From IMG/VR virus record IMGVR_UViG_3300036715_002952, positions 1 to 24,889 of that record: 24,889 bases of DNA; one strand, written 5' to 3'. The DNA is from a virus (taxonomy: Duplodnaviria > Caudoviricetes). Positions 1-7,510 of the stretch are shown here, in pieces. Position 1 is the stretch's first letter; the number at the start of each line of letters is the position of its first letter. A program made the position numbers and the translations under genes. A model generated the notes under the pieces. It saw nothing but the letters and a program-made list of their open reading frames with translations. It ran no database searches and was not told where the DNA came from.

Positions 1-126
1 TTCGGCACCGGCTTCAAGACCACCAGTACGTTGGTCACAGGCTCCGTCGCCGCAAAGACCTTTACCATGATGTTCGTCTCGGACGGCACAGCCATGATCG
101 AAATCCCAAGCAGAACCGCGATGTAA
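1..126 (+). CDS. 3' end of tail spike/fibre-type protein (partial)
   Basis: Open frame from nt 1: FGTGFKTTSTLVTGSVAAKTFTMMFVSDGTAMIEIPSRTAM*. Beta-rich C-terminus, followed by AAGGAG and the next tail gene. Confidence 0.55.
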   Translation, partial: FGTGFKTTSTLVTGSVAAKTFTMMFVSDGTAMIEIPSRTAM

Positions 127-137
127 GGAGCGCCATC

Positions 138-1979
138 ATGGTACAATGGACCGAAGACCTTGCCCTGCGCGCGATCCCCGGCCTGCGGCATTATCTGACT
201 ATCGCGGATATGTTGGCCGATACGACCCTGACCACCACGGTCGGCAGTCTGGGCAGTGTGGCGCCGGGCAACACGATCATCGCCAAGCGCGAGGGGTTCA
301 GCTACCGCGTCGCGGCCGCAGATGCGACGGACCACAACCTGACCACGGCGGGCGGCGTGAAGCTTTACGCGGTCGGCGCCAATGAGCCCTTCGCGCTTTT
401 TCCCGCCGGGCAGAGCAACGAACGGTCGAACGAAGCCTCGGTCGGGGGTTATCAGACCTTTGTCGATGGCATCTATACCTTTGACAATGACAGCAGCAGC
501 GGCACCGACATCGTGGCGGGCGCCCAGTGGCGGCCCGCCCGCTTTGGCGAGGCCCCGCTGAACATCGGCAGCGCGGGAAACTGGGCAAACTCCGTCGCAT
601 GGCAGGCGGCGCGCGTCATCCAGCGCCTGACAGGGCGCCCGGTCTATATCTATAAAGTCAGTCTGGGCGGTGCCGAGATTGAAGACTTCATGACGCCCGC
701 CATTCTTGCCGCAAATGGCTGGACGGCGAGCCATAATTTTTCCGACCTGATGTTGGCCAAGGCCCGGGCGGCCCTGTCGGCCATTCCGGGCCGCTACACC
801 ACGACCTGGGATGCCGTGCTGTGGATACACGGCGGGGCCAATGCCAACGAGCCCACGCATCTGCAGGCCTTCAAGGTCGATACGCTGGCGAACATGCTGG
901 CCGACTATGGGCTGATCGACAAGGCGGGCACGCCCTTTGTCGTGATGGAGCTGTGCCAGTTTCGGGCATATCGCCGCCGCCATCTGGCTGCGATGCGGTA
1001 TCTGCAAACCACCTTCATGCCGCTGCGCGTGCTGCGGTCTGTCGGCATTGCGGATGTTGGCGATGGGCTGCACTGGACCGGCCCTGCCATGGAGGAGGTT
1101 GGCGCCCGGATGGCTGGCGCGATTTTCACGCAGCCGGATTTCTTTGAGGTCGAAAATCAGGATGTTCTGACGGCGACGGAAGACGGTCTGATCTGCCTGA
1201 CCACCCGCGAGTTTGCCCACCGCACCGATGCCGACAAGCGGCCTGCGGTGCCCATGGCCTCGGTCATCGGAACAGTCGGCACCGCTGTTTCAGGGAACCT
1301 GGGCTTTTGCTACACAAAGGCGGCGGGTGCTTCCGTTGAATGGGTATCGCGCCGCGTGGTGCGGATGCCGACCGAGGCCGTGGCCCGCATCACGGCAGAA
1401 TTTTTCGTGCCCTCTGGCACGGTGAATGTTCGGCTGCGGGTCTACGCCTTCAACCGCGACTACGGACTGATCGACACCTACGATCATGTGATTGGCGGGG
1501 AGACAATTCCCACCGGCGTCGTCACTCGGATCAGCGCGACGTTCGGCCTGCTTTCCAGCGATCCTGATGTTGCAGTGCCCTATAACACAGGATTTTTCGC
1601 CTACGCCATTTCGATCAGCGAAGGCGTGACGGAGCCGGCCTGCGAGTTCAACTGGTTGGATGCCCGGATCGACCAGCCTGTTGCAACGCAAGGCGCAACA
1701 AGTGGGGTGCTTTGGCTGAAGGAGCCGAATGGTCGGCTTGAAATGTGGGAGAAGGCGGTGAGCCTTACCTCCGGGCCGCAGGTTGTCACCGTCCCCTTCT
1801 CGATGGTCGGCGGGGCCTCGACCATCTACATCGTGGCGACGCCGGAAAGCGGGACTTCCTGCAAGGTGACCTGCGAAATCCTCACCGACACCACGTTTCA
1901 ATTCAGCGTCTGGAACGATGCGGGTGCCCGCGTGGCCGCCACCGTCGCCTTCTACATCAAGGCGAGGTGGAAGGCATGA
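138..1979 (+). CDS. Tail fibre/spike with SGNH (sialate O-acetylesterase-like, SASA) esterase domain
   Basis: RBS AAGGAG. SGNH blocks AGQSN, SLGGAEI, WIHGGAN, DGLH. N-terminal EGFSYRVAAADATDHNLTTAGGVKLY resembles roseophage tail-attachment modules; C-terminal WLKEPNGRLEMW resembles tail-fibre C-terminal domains. Last gene before lysis. Confidence 0.8.
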   Translation: MVQWTEDLALRAIPGLRHYLTIADMLADTTLTTTVGSLGSVAPGNTIIAKREGFSYRVAAADATDHNLTTAGGVKLYAVGANEPFALFPAGQSNERSNEASVGGYQTFVDGIYTFDNDSSSGTDIVAGAQWRPARFGEAPLNIGSAGNWANSVAWQAARVIQRLTGRPVYIYKVSLGGAEIEDFMTPAILAANGWTASHNFSDLMLAKARAALSAIPGRYTTTWDAVLWIHGGANANEPTHLQAFKVDTLANMLADYGLIDKAGTPFVVMELCQFRAYRRRHLAAMRYLQTTFMPLRVLRSVGIADVGDGLHWTGPAMEEVGARMAGAIFTQPDFFEVENQDVLTATEDGLICLTTREFAHRTDADKRPAVPMASVIGTVGTAVSGNLGFCYTKAAGASVEWVSRRVVRMPTEAVARITAEFFVPSGTVNVRLRVYAFNRDYGLIDTYDHVIGGETIPTGVVTRISATFGLLSSDPDVAVPYNTGFFAYAISISEGVTEPACEFNWLDARIDQPVATQGATSGVLWLKEPNGRLEMWEKAVSLTSGPQVVTVPFSMVGGASTIYIVATPESGTSCKVTCEILTDTTFQFSVWNDAGARVAATVAFYIKARWKA

Positions 1980-2293
1980 TGGTCGACGAAAGCGCCTGGC
2001 ACTTGGACAAGAAGATCCCGATCGCAATCATCGTGGCCATCGTCGTGCAGACCAGCGGCTTCATCTGGTTTCTGTCGGGTCTGAATTCGCAAGTCGAACA
2101 GATGTCCAAGACCAACGACCAGCAGGACGAACGCATCCACGCCGTCGAACAGGCCGCCCAGACGCAGGCCGTTTCCTCCGCCAGCATCACCCAGCAGATC
2201 AGCGCGCTGAAGGATGTGCTGGAGCAGATGCGTCAGGACCAGCGCGAAACCAACGGCCTGTTGCGCCGGTATATTGAGGACAAGAAACCATGA
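1976..2293 (+). CDS. Holin-like membrane protein (1 TM + coiled coil), 105 aa
   Basis: ATGA overlap with the upstream stop. MMVDESAWHLDKKIPIAIIVAIVVQTSGFIWFLSG then heptad-rich; overlaps the endolysin start. The track's 1745 start is an upstream extension. Confidence 0.7.
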   Translation: MMVDESAWHLDKKIPIAIIVAIVVQTSGFIWFLSGLNSQVEQMSKTNDQQDERIHAVEQAAQTQAVSSASITQQISALKDVLEQMRQDQRETNGLLRRYIEDKKP

Positions 2294-2898
2294 CCGAGAT
2301 CTGGCAAGGCAAAGCCACGCGCCTGGACGCCTGGGACTTTGGCCGTCTTGGCCGCCTGCTTGGCGTGGGCGAGGACGAGATCCGCGCCGTGGTCGAAGTC
2401 GAAACCGGCGGATCGGGGTTCGATGCCGCAGGCCGCCTGAAGTTGCTGTTCGAACCGCATGTCTTCTGGCGCGAGCTGGGCGAAGCCAAGCGCCGCCTGG
2501 CCGAGACGCAGGGCCTCGCCTACCGCAAGTGGGGGACCAAGCCCTATCCCGCCGACAGCTACCCACGCCTGGCGCTGGCGATCCGCATCGACCGCCCGGC
2601 CGCCCTGCGGAGCGCCAGCTGGGGCATGGGTCAGATCATGGGTTTCAACGCAAAGGCGGCCGGCTTTCCCGATGCCGAGGCGATGATCGCATCCTTTGCG
2701 GATGACGAGGAAAACCAGCTGCGCGGCATGGTGAATTTCATCTTGTCCGAACACCTGGACGACGAGCTGCGCCGGCACGACTGGGCCGGGTTCGCCCGCG
2801 GCTACAACGGCCCCGGTGCCGCCCAGAACCGCTACCCCGAAAAACTCGCCGCCGCCTATGCCCGCTGGGCCGCGCGGCCTGATGCAGCCCAACCCTGA
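2290..2898 (+). CDS. Endolysin, N-acetylmuramidase (DUF3380 family)
   Basis: Motifs VVEVETGGSGF, LLFEPHVF, SASWGMGQIMGFN, WAGFARGYNG. Confidence 0.92.
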   Translation: MTEIWQGKATRLDAWDFGRLGRLLGVGEDEIRAVVEVETGGSGFDAAGRLKLLFEPHVFWRELGEAKRRLAETQGLAYRKWGTKPYPADSYPRLALAIRIDRPAALRSASWGMGQIMGFNAKAAGFPDAEAMIASFADDEENQLRGMVNFILSEHLDDELRRHDWAGFARGYNGPGAAQNRYPEKLAAAYARWAARPDAAQP

Positions 2899-2909
2899 AA
2901 GGATTTCTC

Positions 2910-3089
2910 ATGGACTATGGACCGCTTGCCCGCATCCTCCTGCGCTATGGTGTGGGCTATTTCGCCGGCTCAGGCGCAGGGGCCGCCTTGGCACTTGATC
3001 CCGATTTGGTCGGGGTGCTGGCCCTCGTTTGCGGGGCTGCGATCGAGGCCAGCTATGCCTATGCCAAAAAACGCGGGTGGGCCACATGA
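2910..3089 (+). CDS. Small putative holin, 59 aa (not in ORF track)
   Basis: Read by hand: MDYGPLARILLRYGVGYFAGSGAGAALALDPDLVGVLALVCGAAIEASYAYAKKRGWAT*. RBS AAAGGA, two hydrophobic segments, basic tail, ATGA overlap with the next gene. Confidence 0.8.
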   Translation: MDYGPLARILLRYGVGYFAGSGAGAALALDPDLVGVLALVCGAAIEASYAYAKKRGWAT

Positions 3090-3373
3090 CCCTGGCGGCA
3101 ATTGTCTCGGCCCTGGGCGGGCTCGTGCTGGCGTTCCTCGGCGTGTTTTTCGCTGGAAAGAAGACCGGCCAAGCCACAGGTGCCAAGGCGACAGCGGAAG
3201 CGGGGCAAGTCGTCATCGCCGCCACTGCCGCCGTGGAACAATCGAAAGCCACCGTCGAAACAGCCAAGAAGGTGCAAGATGCGACTGCCTCTGTCTCTCC
3301 CGATCGTGATGCTGCTCTTGCCGTCCTGCGCGATCACACCGCCCGCCGCGCCGGTCCCGGTCCCCACAAATGA
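3086..3373 (+). CDS. Inner-membrane spanin (Rz-like)
   Basis: N-terminal TM (MTLAAIVSALGGLVLAFLGVFFAG) plus Ala-rich helical domain; overlaps a lipoprotein ORF. Confidence 0.75.
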   Translation: MTLAAIVSALGGLVLAFLGVFFAGKKTGQATGAKATAEAGQVVIAATAAVEQSKATVETAKKVQDATASVSPDRDAALAVLRDHTARRAGPGPHK

Positions 3374-3503
3374 GGGCCTGTGCCTTGGCCTCGGTCCCGC
3401 GATCGACGACCTGGCCGCGGTGTTGCAGGACCCGGCCGTGCCTGATCAGGCCGTGATCGCTGGCGCCAAAGTGGTAAAGGGCTTTGACGAAGGCTGCCAA
3501 TGA
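3279..3503 (+). CDS. Outer-membrane spanin lipoprotein (Rz1-like), 74 aa
   Basis: MRLPLSLPIVMLLLPSC lipobox, Pro-rich linker, two further Cys; starts in another frame inside the Rz-like gene. Confidence 0.75.
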   Translation: MRLPLSLPIVMLLLPSCAITPPAAPVPVPTNEGLCLGLGPAIDDLAAVLQDPAVPDQAVIAGAKVVKGFDEGCQ

Positions 3504-3555
3504 GACGCCGGCGCCGCAGCTTTTACCGCCGCTGGCTTTGGCGGTGGTGATCCCC

Positions 3556-3586
3556 AAAGCCCGCCCGGTGCGCCGAGGCGGGCTTT
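3556..3586. terminator. Hairpin ending the late/lysis operon (possibly bidirectional)
   Basis: AAAGCCCGCC-CGGTGCGCCGA-GGCGGGCTTT, 10-bp stem. Confidence 0.65.
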
Positions 3587-3619
3587 ATCATTCTCGCCGG
3601 CCTGTGGTATGCCCCAGGC

Positions 3620-3826
3620 ATGACCTGGCCAAACTCAATCCCGCCCGACCTTCGCCGCAGGCTCGAAGATGTGCTGTCCTACCGTAGCTTCGGCCCGGCC
3701 GATCTTTGGGGCGAGATCCGCGACTGGCTGATCAAGCACCAGGTCGCAGCACCGGACCAACTGCCGGAAGATCTGCGGCCGAGCGGACCGAATGAGATCC
3801 GTCCGAGAGAAATTGACGATCTGTAA
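3620..3826 (+). CDS. Hypothetical protein, 68 aa, next to attP
   Basis: Globular-looking ORF downstream of the lysis terminator; no clear SD. Confidence 0.6.
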   Translation: MTWPNSIPPDLRRRLEDVLSYRSFGPADLWGEIRDWLIKHQVAAPDQLPEDLRPSGPNEIRPREIDDL

Positions 3827-4035
3827 GCCATTGATATGTAAGGCATGTATAAATTGCTGCATTTTGCCTAAGTCATTGTAATATATAGATTGCCTCCAGA
3901 TTGTGGATCTAGAGGTCTCCCGTTCAAGCCGGGAAAGCGGTACCATTACCCCCCTTTAAACATTGGCGAAAACCGGAACCCTTTGAACGGGGCGTCCGAC
4001 AGTCCGATGCGTCCGTGTCGGACGATTGTTAGACG
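3797..4035. mobile_element. attP: attP region (arm-type repeats, IHF sites, core)
   Basis: AT-rich. Perfect IHF consensus TATCAATGGCTTA (minus, 3824-3836) and a weaker one at 3869-3881. GTCCGA/GTCGGACG repeats at 3797-3806, 3993-4000, 4001-4008, 4010-4017 (variant), 4017-4024 and variant 4028-4035. Confidence 0.8.
3898..3945 (+). other. att core = 3' half of tRNA-His(GUG); not a complete tRNA
   Basis: AGA-TTGTGGA (anticodon loop, GTG)-TCTAG-AGGTC-TCCCG-TTCAAGC-CGGGA (T arm)-AAGCGGT-A-CCA. No D arm or 5' acceptor strand upstream. Confidence 0.9.
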
Positions 4036-4040
4036 GCCAG

Positions 4041-4067
4041 AAAAAAGGGCCGGGCAAGGCCCGACCC
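4041..4067 (-). terminator. Intrinsic terminator of the leftward (int) operon
   Basis: Minus strand GGGTCGGGC-CTT-GCCCGGCCC-TTTTTT. Confidence 0.85.
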
Positions 4068-4116
4068 AGGTATCCAACTAGGGAGGATGCCAGCGTGTCG
4101 CCCCGCTGGCCGGGCA
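4041..4116 (-). ncRNA. Candidate 3'-UTR sRNA with anti-SD motif (suhB/MmgR-like layout)
   Basis: Hairpin GCCAGCG/CGCTGGC, then single-stranded ATCCTCCCTAGTTGGATACCT, then the terminator. Confidence 0.4.
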
Positions 4117-4350
4117 TCACGTCGCGCGCCTGCAGCAGTTGCAAAGCCGATGCCCCGGCCCGGTCGAACGGAAGGGCCTGGAACAGGTCAGGCAGCGGCG
4201 GGTGATCGTCGGGGCCAGTCGCCGTTCGATGCCACGCAGGGCGGCTGTGGCGTTGCCAGCGCTGGTGTAGCGGCCCGGGAGTGCCTTGGTGCCCTGCAGG
4301 ATCACGAAGCTACGACCGGCACCCCGGATGTCGAGGGGCTGCTGGTGCAT
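4117..4350 (-). CDS. Small Zn-ribbon protein (CxxC...CxxC)
   Basis: RRCLTCSRPFRSTGPGHRLCNCC; TGATG coupling with the upstream gene. Confidence 0.7.
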   Translation of the reverse strand: MHQQPLDIRGAGRSFVILQGTKALPGRYTSAGNATAALRGIERRLAPTITRRCLTCSRPFRSTGPGHRLCNCCRRAT

Positions 4351-4673
4351 CAGTGGACCCCCATGATCGGACTGGCTGGCTGGGCGGTCGTCTCGATCTC
4401 CGCAATGTCGCTATCAAAAGCAGCGGCCACGGCGCGCAGGGCGGCTTCCAGACAGCTGGGGCATTTGCACCCAAAGGCGGCGGCTACTGTGATCTTGCCC
4501 GCATCCGAACCCGCTGGCAGATCCCCGGTCAGGACAAGGACCCCGCCGCTGACGCCGGTGCATTCCTCTTCGGCAAGCCAGAGTGTCGTGTCGGCCAGCA
4601 CCTCGTGGGTCTGCTTGATGAATTCGCGCCCCAGCCGCAACGCCAGCAGCACCTGATTTTCTTTGTCCCTCAT
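4350..4673 (-). CDS. Hypothetical protein, 107 aa
   Basis: ATGA overlap with the integrase stop; purine-rich RBS. Confidence 0.65.
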   Translation of the reverse strand: MRDKENQVLLALRLGREFIKQTHEVLADTTLWLAEEECTGVSGGVLVLTGDLPAGSDAGKITVAAAFGCKCPSCLEAALRAVAAAFDSDIAEIETTAQPASPIMGVH

Positions 4674-5830
4674 CCCTTTTTCCTTTCGGGCCTTTTGACC
4701 GCTGCGATGGCGCGGGCGGTGGTTTCCAGCTGAGGCGACATGTAGACGGCGCCCAGTTCCTCATTCGTGGCGGCGGTGTTGCCGATGGTTTCGCCGACAT
4801 CATCGCGTGAGGCGCCGCCCAGGCGGGCGAGGCCGGCGAAGGTGCGGCGCAGATCGCGCCATTGCAGATCCTTGACCGTGGGGGCCGTCTTGGCCGCCAG
4901 TCGGCGCACCGCCTGCCAGCGTTTGGCAAAGAGGTGGCGGTCATAGGCGTTGCCGGTGACGGCATCCCAGATCAGCGTGCCGGGCCCCTGTGCGGCATCG
5001 AGGCGGGCGAGGCGCAGGGCAGGCAGGATTTCGTCATGCATCGGGATCGTGCCCGCGTTGCCACGTTTCTGACGGGTCAGCGACCAGACCCAGACCGGCT
5101 GCGGATCGGCCGCGCCGGGCACCAGCATGTTGACCGCTTGAAAATGTTCCGGCCGGGCGGCCAAGATATCGGCCTGGCGCTGGCCCGAGAAGATGACCAG
5201 CAGCAGGGCCAGTTCGACCCCGCGCAGATCCAGCGTCTTGGCCGCCTGCAGGCAGGCCTCCATCTCTTCCCAGGTGCCCTTGCGGCGGCGGCCCTTGGGC
5301 TTTTCCATGCGCAGGTTGCGGCAGGGGTTGGACCCTTTCGGCCGCCAGCCCAGACGTTCGGCATGGGCCATCACAATCCCCATGGTGATCAGGATGGACC
5401 GCGACCGGAAGATGCCCTTTGCATTGAACAGGGTTTCGTACCAGGCATCCATCACCGGCGCGTCGATCGACAGGATCGGTTCGCCGCCCCACTTCGCCTC
5501 GATCACTTTCAGGTCGGCGTTGTACTGCTCGCGGGTAGAGGCCGCGAGGTGGGTGAAGAACCGGCTTTTGCGGTATTCGATTATGGTGGCCAGCACTGAT
5601 CGGTAGGCCTGCGCCGGGGCCGTGTCGCCATTGGCGCGGGCATCGGCGGCCTTGGTCAGACGCTTGGCCTCGCCCACCGACCAGCCCAAATTGTCGGCCC
5701 GCAGATCGACCGGCACCGCGCCCGCCTTGCGTTGCCGGGCCGAGGGTTCCCACCAGATGCGCCAGGTGCCGTCAGAGCGGGCACGCTGGCGCAGGCCGGC
5801 AGGCGGTTTGGCGACGGGGCCGAGGGTCAT
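4670..5830 (-). CDS. int: Tyrosine recombinase / phage integrase (~386 aa)
   Basis: SGQRQADI (R), RQKRG (K), WRDLRRT, IGNT, AVYM (Y). N-terminal arm-binding-like and SAM-like regions. Start at 5830 chosen because it abuts the upstream stop at 5832. Confidence 0.9.
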   Translation of the reverse strand: MTLGPVAKPPAGLRQRARSDGTWRIWWEPSARQRKAGAVPVDLRADNLGWSVGEAKRLTKAADARANGDTAPAQAYRSVLATIIEYRKSRFFTHLAASTREQYNADLKVIEAKWGGEPILSIDAPVMDAWYETLFNAKGIFRSRSILITMGIVMAHAERLGWRPKGSNPCRNLRMEKPKGRRRKGTWEEMEACLQAAKTLDLRGVELALLLVIFSGQRQADILAARPEHFQAVNMLVPGAADPQPVWVWSLTRQKRGNAGTIPMHDEILPALRLARLDAAQGPGTLIWDAVTGNAYDRHLFAKRWQAVRRLAAKTAPTVKDLQWRDLRRTFAGLARLGGASRDDVGETIGNTAATNEELGAVYMSPQLETTARAIAAVKRPERKKG

Positions 5831-5831
5831 G

Positions 5832-6071
5832 TCACACGGCCCTCGATCTTTGGGCCGCACAACCAAGTCGCACTTCTTCCGCTGCGACATCCCCGATCAT
5901 CCGGCAAGTTGTCTGCGCCCGATCAATCGCCACGCCAGCGGCATAGTATTGGCTGCCAATCGCAGCTCCGACGAATTCCGCCAAAAATACTGCCGCCTCA
6001 GGCATCGGAAGGCCCTGGAGTTCTTGGGCCATACGACGAATGGCCGCCGCTTTTTCATTCTGATCCATCAC
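5832..6071 (-). CDS. Hypothetical protein, 79 aa
   Basis: Coupled between the xis-like gene and int. Confidence 0.6.
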   Translation of the reverse strand: MMDQNEKAAAIRRMAQELQGLPMPEAAVFLAEFVGAAIGSQYYAAGVAIDRAQTTCRMIGDVAAEEVRLGCAAQRSRAV

Positions 6072-6328
6072 CCAGCCCTCGCCAGATTGAGCAGCCGCAC
6101 GTTCGACCCCTCCGGGATCTGCAGCACGGCGGGCTTGGGAAGGCCCTGACGGGCCACCCAGGCCTCGACCTCGACCCTACGCCAGCGCATCGGGCGGAAG
6201 GCGGTGGGCATCGGCTGGGGGAAAGCGTGATCTGCCGTCAGCCTGTCACGCTGGCGCAGGAAGGCCGGGCCATCGACCAGGCCGACCAGCTGCGCCACGG
6301 TTTCGGCGGTGATGAAATCAGCGGCCAT
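6068..6328 (-). CDS. AlpA/excisionase-like winged-HTH protein, 86 aa
   Basis: FITAETVAQLVG...FPQPMP...RWRRVEVEAWV pattern; upstream of int. Confidence 0.75.
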   Translation of the reverse strand: MAADFITAETVAQLVGLVDGPAFLRQRDRLTADHAFPQPMPTAFRPMRWRRVEVEAWVARQGLPKPAVLQIPEGSNVRLLNLARAG

Positions 6329-6551
6329 CACGCACCTTCCATTTCGGGCAGGCAACCGCATCGGCCCCGATAAAGCGCTTGCCGACCACATTCTGATGCG
6401 CCTCCACCAAGGCGCAGATCCCCTTGCCCTCCAAAGCGTTGGGGGGGGTATAGAAATGCGCGCAGGTGTCACAGTGCTTGCCCAGTTCAGGTTCCGGCCA
6501 GGTGATCTGCCCTTCGTGATGCAGGGACATGCGGGTTTCCAACGCAGTCAT
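6318..6551 (-). CDS. Small Cys4 metal-binding protein, 77 aa
   Basis: MTALETRMS...HCDTCAHF...GICALV...ACPKW; TGATG coupling to the HU gene. Confidence 0.65.
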   Translation of the reverse strand: MTALETRMSLHHEGQITWPEPELGKHCDTCAHFYTPPNALEGKGICALVEAHQNVVGKRFIGADAVACPKWKVRDGR

Positions 6552-6826
6552 CACGCCCCCTTTCTTACGGGCTTGAAGCGCATAACCCGCTTTGCCGGGA
6601 TTGCGACCGCCTCGCCGGTGCGCGGGTCGCGGCCGGCGCGGGCGGGCAGATCGCGGGCAGTGAAGCTGCCGAAGTTGGTCAGCCGAACCGTGCTCCCTTC
6701 GGCGCATTTTTCGTTGATCAGATCCAGCATCGTGTCGAGCGCGGCACGGGTTTTGACCTGGGTCAGCCCAGTCCTTGCGGCCACAGTCTCAACCAGTTGG
6801 GCTTTCGAAAAAGCTTGTGCCATCAC
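6551..6826 (-). CDS. hup: HU/IHF-family DNA-bending protein
   Basis: SKAQLVETVA...VRLTNFGSF...RAGRDPRTGEAVAIPAKRVMRFKP. Confidence 0.93.
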   Translation of the reverse strand: MMAQAFSKAQLVETVAARTGLTQVKTRAALDTMLDLINEKCAEGSTVRLTNFGSFTARDLPARAGRDPRTGEAVAIPAKRVMRFKPVRKGA

Positions 6827-6987
6827 TTGTCCTTTCCGTCGTGCAGATAGCCCCAGCGGGCGGCGGAAGCCTCGAAGCCGTCAGCGTCCTTTTTGACCGG
6901 CTGCTGAAAGGCGAAGTGCGTCCAGATCGCCCGGAAGATGAGCCCGGCTGCGATGATCGCCGCCACGGTCACAATGGTTTCAATCAT
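6823..6987 (-). CDS. Small single-TM protein, 54 aa (not in ORF track)
   Basis: MIETIVTVAAIIAAGLIFRAIWTHFAFQQPVKKDADGFEASAARWGYLHDGKDK*; stop overlaps the HU start. Confidence 0.65.
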   Translation of the reverse strand: MIETIVTVAAIIAAGLIFRAIWTHFAFQQPVKKDADGFEASAARWGYLHDGKDK

Positions 6988-7079
6988 GTCCCTGTTGTCC
7001 TTTGTGGCCCCTTCGGCCGTCTGCGTCGGGGCGTGGGTGGCGGGGGCGGTGGCAGCCGCGGACGGCCCCCGGTGGAACG

Positions 7080-7328
7080 CTAATTCGGGCGGGGCAGGGC
7101 GAGCGAATTGCCCTGGCCAATCGTGCGGTGCAGGGCCACGGCCATGGAGGCCAGCCGCTTGCCATCGGCCTGGAGCGGGATGTCGCCCAGCGGGCCGCCG
7201 AGGGTGACGGCGTTGGATGCCAGTTGCCGCCCCCAGGTCGCCATGCAGGCGCAGGCGAGGTTGAAGCCATAAAGCTCGTCCGCGTTCAGTTCGCGGTCAT
7301 GCGGGAGGATGGGGAGAGGTTGGGTCAT
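7080..7328 (-). CDS. Hypothetical protein, 82 aa
   Basis: RBS GGAGA; ATGA coupling. Confidence 0.65.
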   Translation of the reverse strand: MTQPLPILPHDRELNADELYGFNLACACMATWGRQLASNAVTLGGPLGDIPLQADGKRLASMAVALHRTIGQGNSLALPRPN

Positions 7329-7510
7329 GCCGCGTCTCCGTCCGTTGCGGGCCCATAGAGCCGCATCATCTGATCCAGAACCGGGCCCAGTTCCTGCCCG
7401 TCGTGCAGCTGGATCACCAGACTGAAACCGCCTTCGTGCACCTGAAGATCCCAGCGCCGCGGGCGCGTCACGTCAACCGGCAGTTGCAGGGGAAAACCAT
7501 GGCCCGGCAT
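7325..7510 (-). CDS. Hypothetical protein, 61 aa
   Basis: Translationally coupled on both sides. Confidence 0.6.
   Translation of the reverse strand: MPGHGFPLQLPVDVTRPRRWDLQVHEGGFSLVIQLHDGQELGPVLDQMMRLYGPATDGDAA

Noticed and set aside
138-1979. Diversity-generating retroelement target, suggested by the BPP-1-like head genes
   Set aside because: No reverse transcriptase and no TR/VR repeat pair seen in the window.
3870-3945. Complete tRNA-His gene
   Set aside because: No D arm or 5' acceptor strand, and the anticodon stem has a mismatch (CCAGA/TCTAG); it is only an att core.
3976-3988. LexA (SOS) box GAAC...GAAC
   Set aside because: Spacer is 5 nt; the alphaproteobacterial box needs GAAC-N7-GAAC or GTTC-N7-GTTC.
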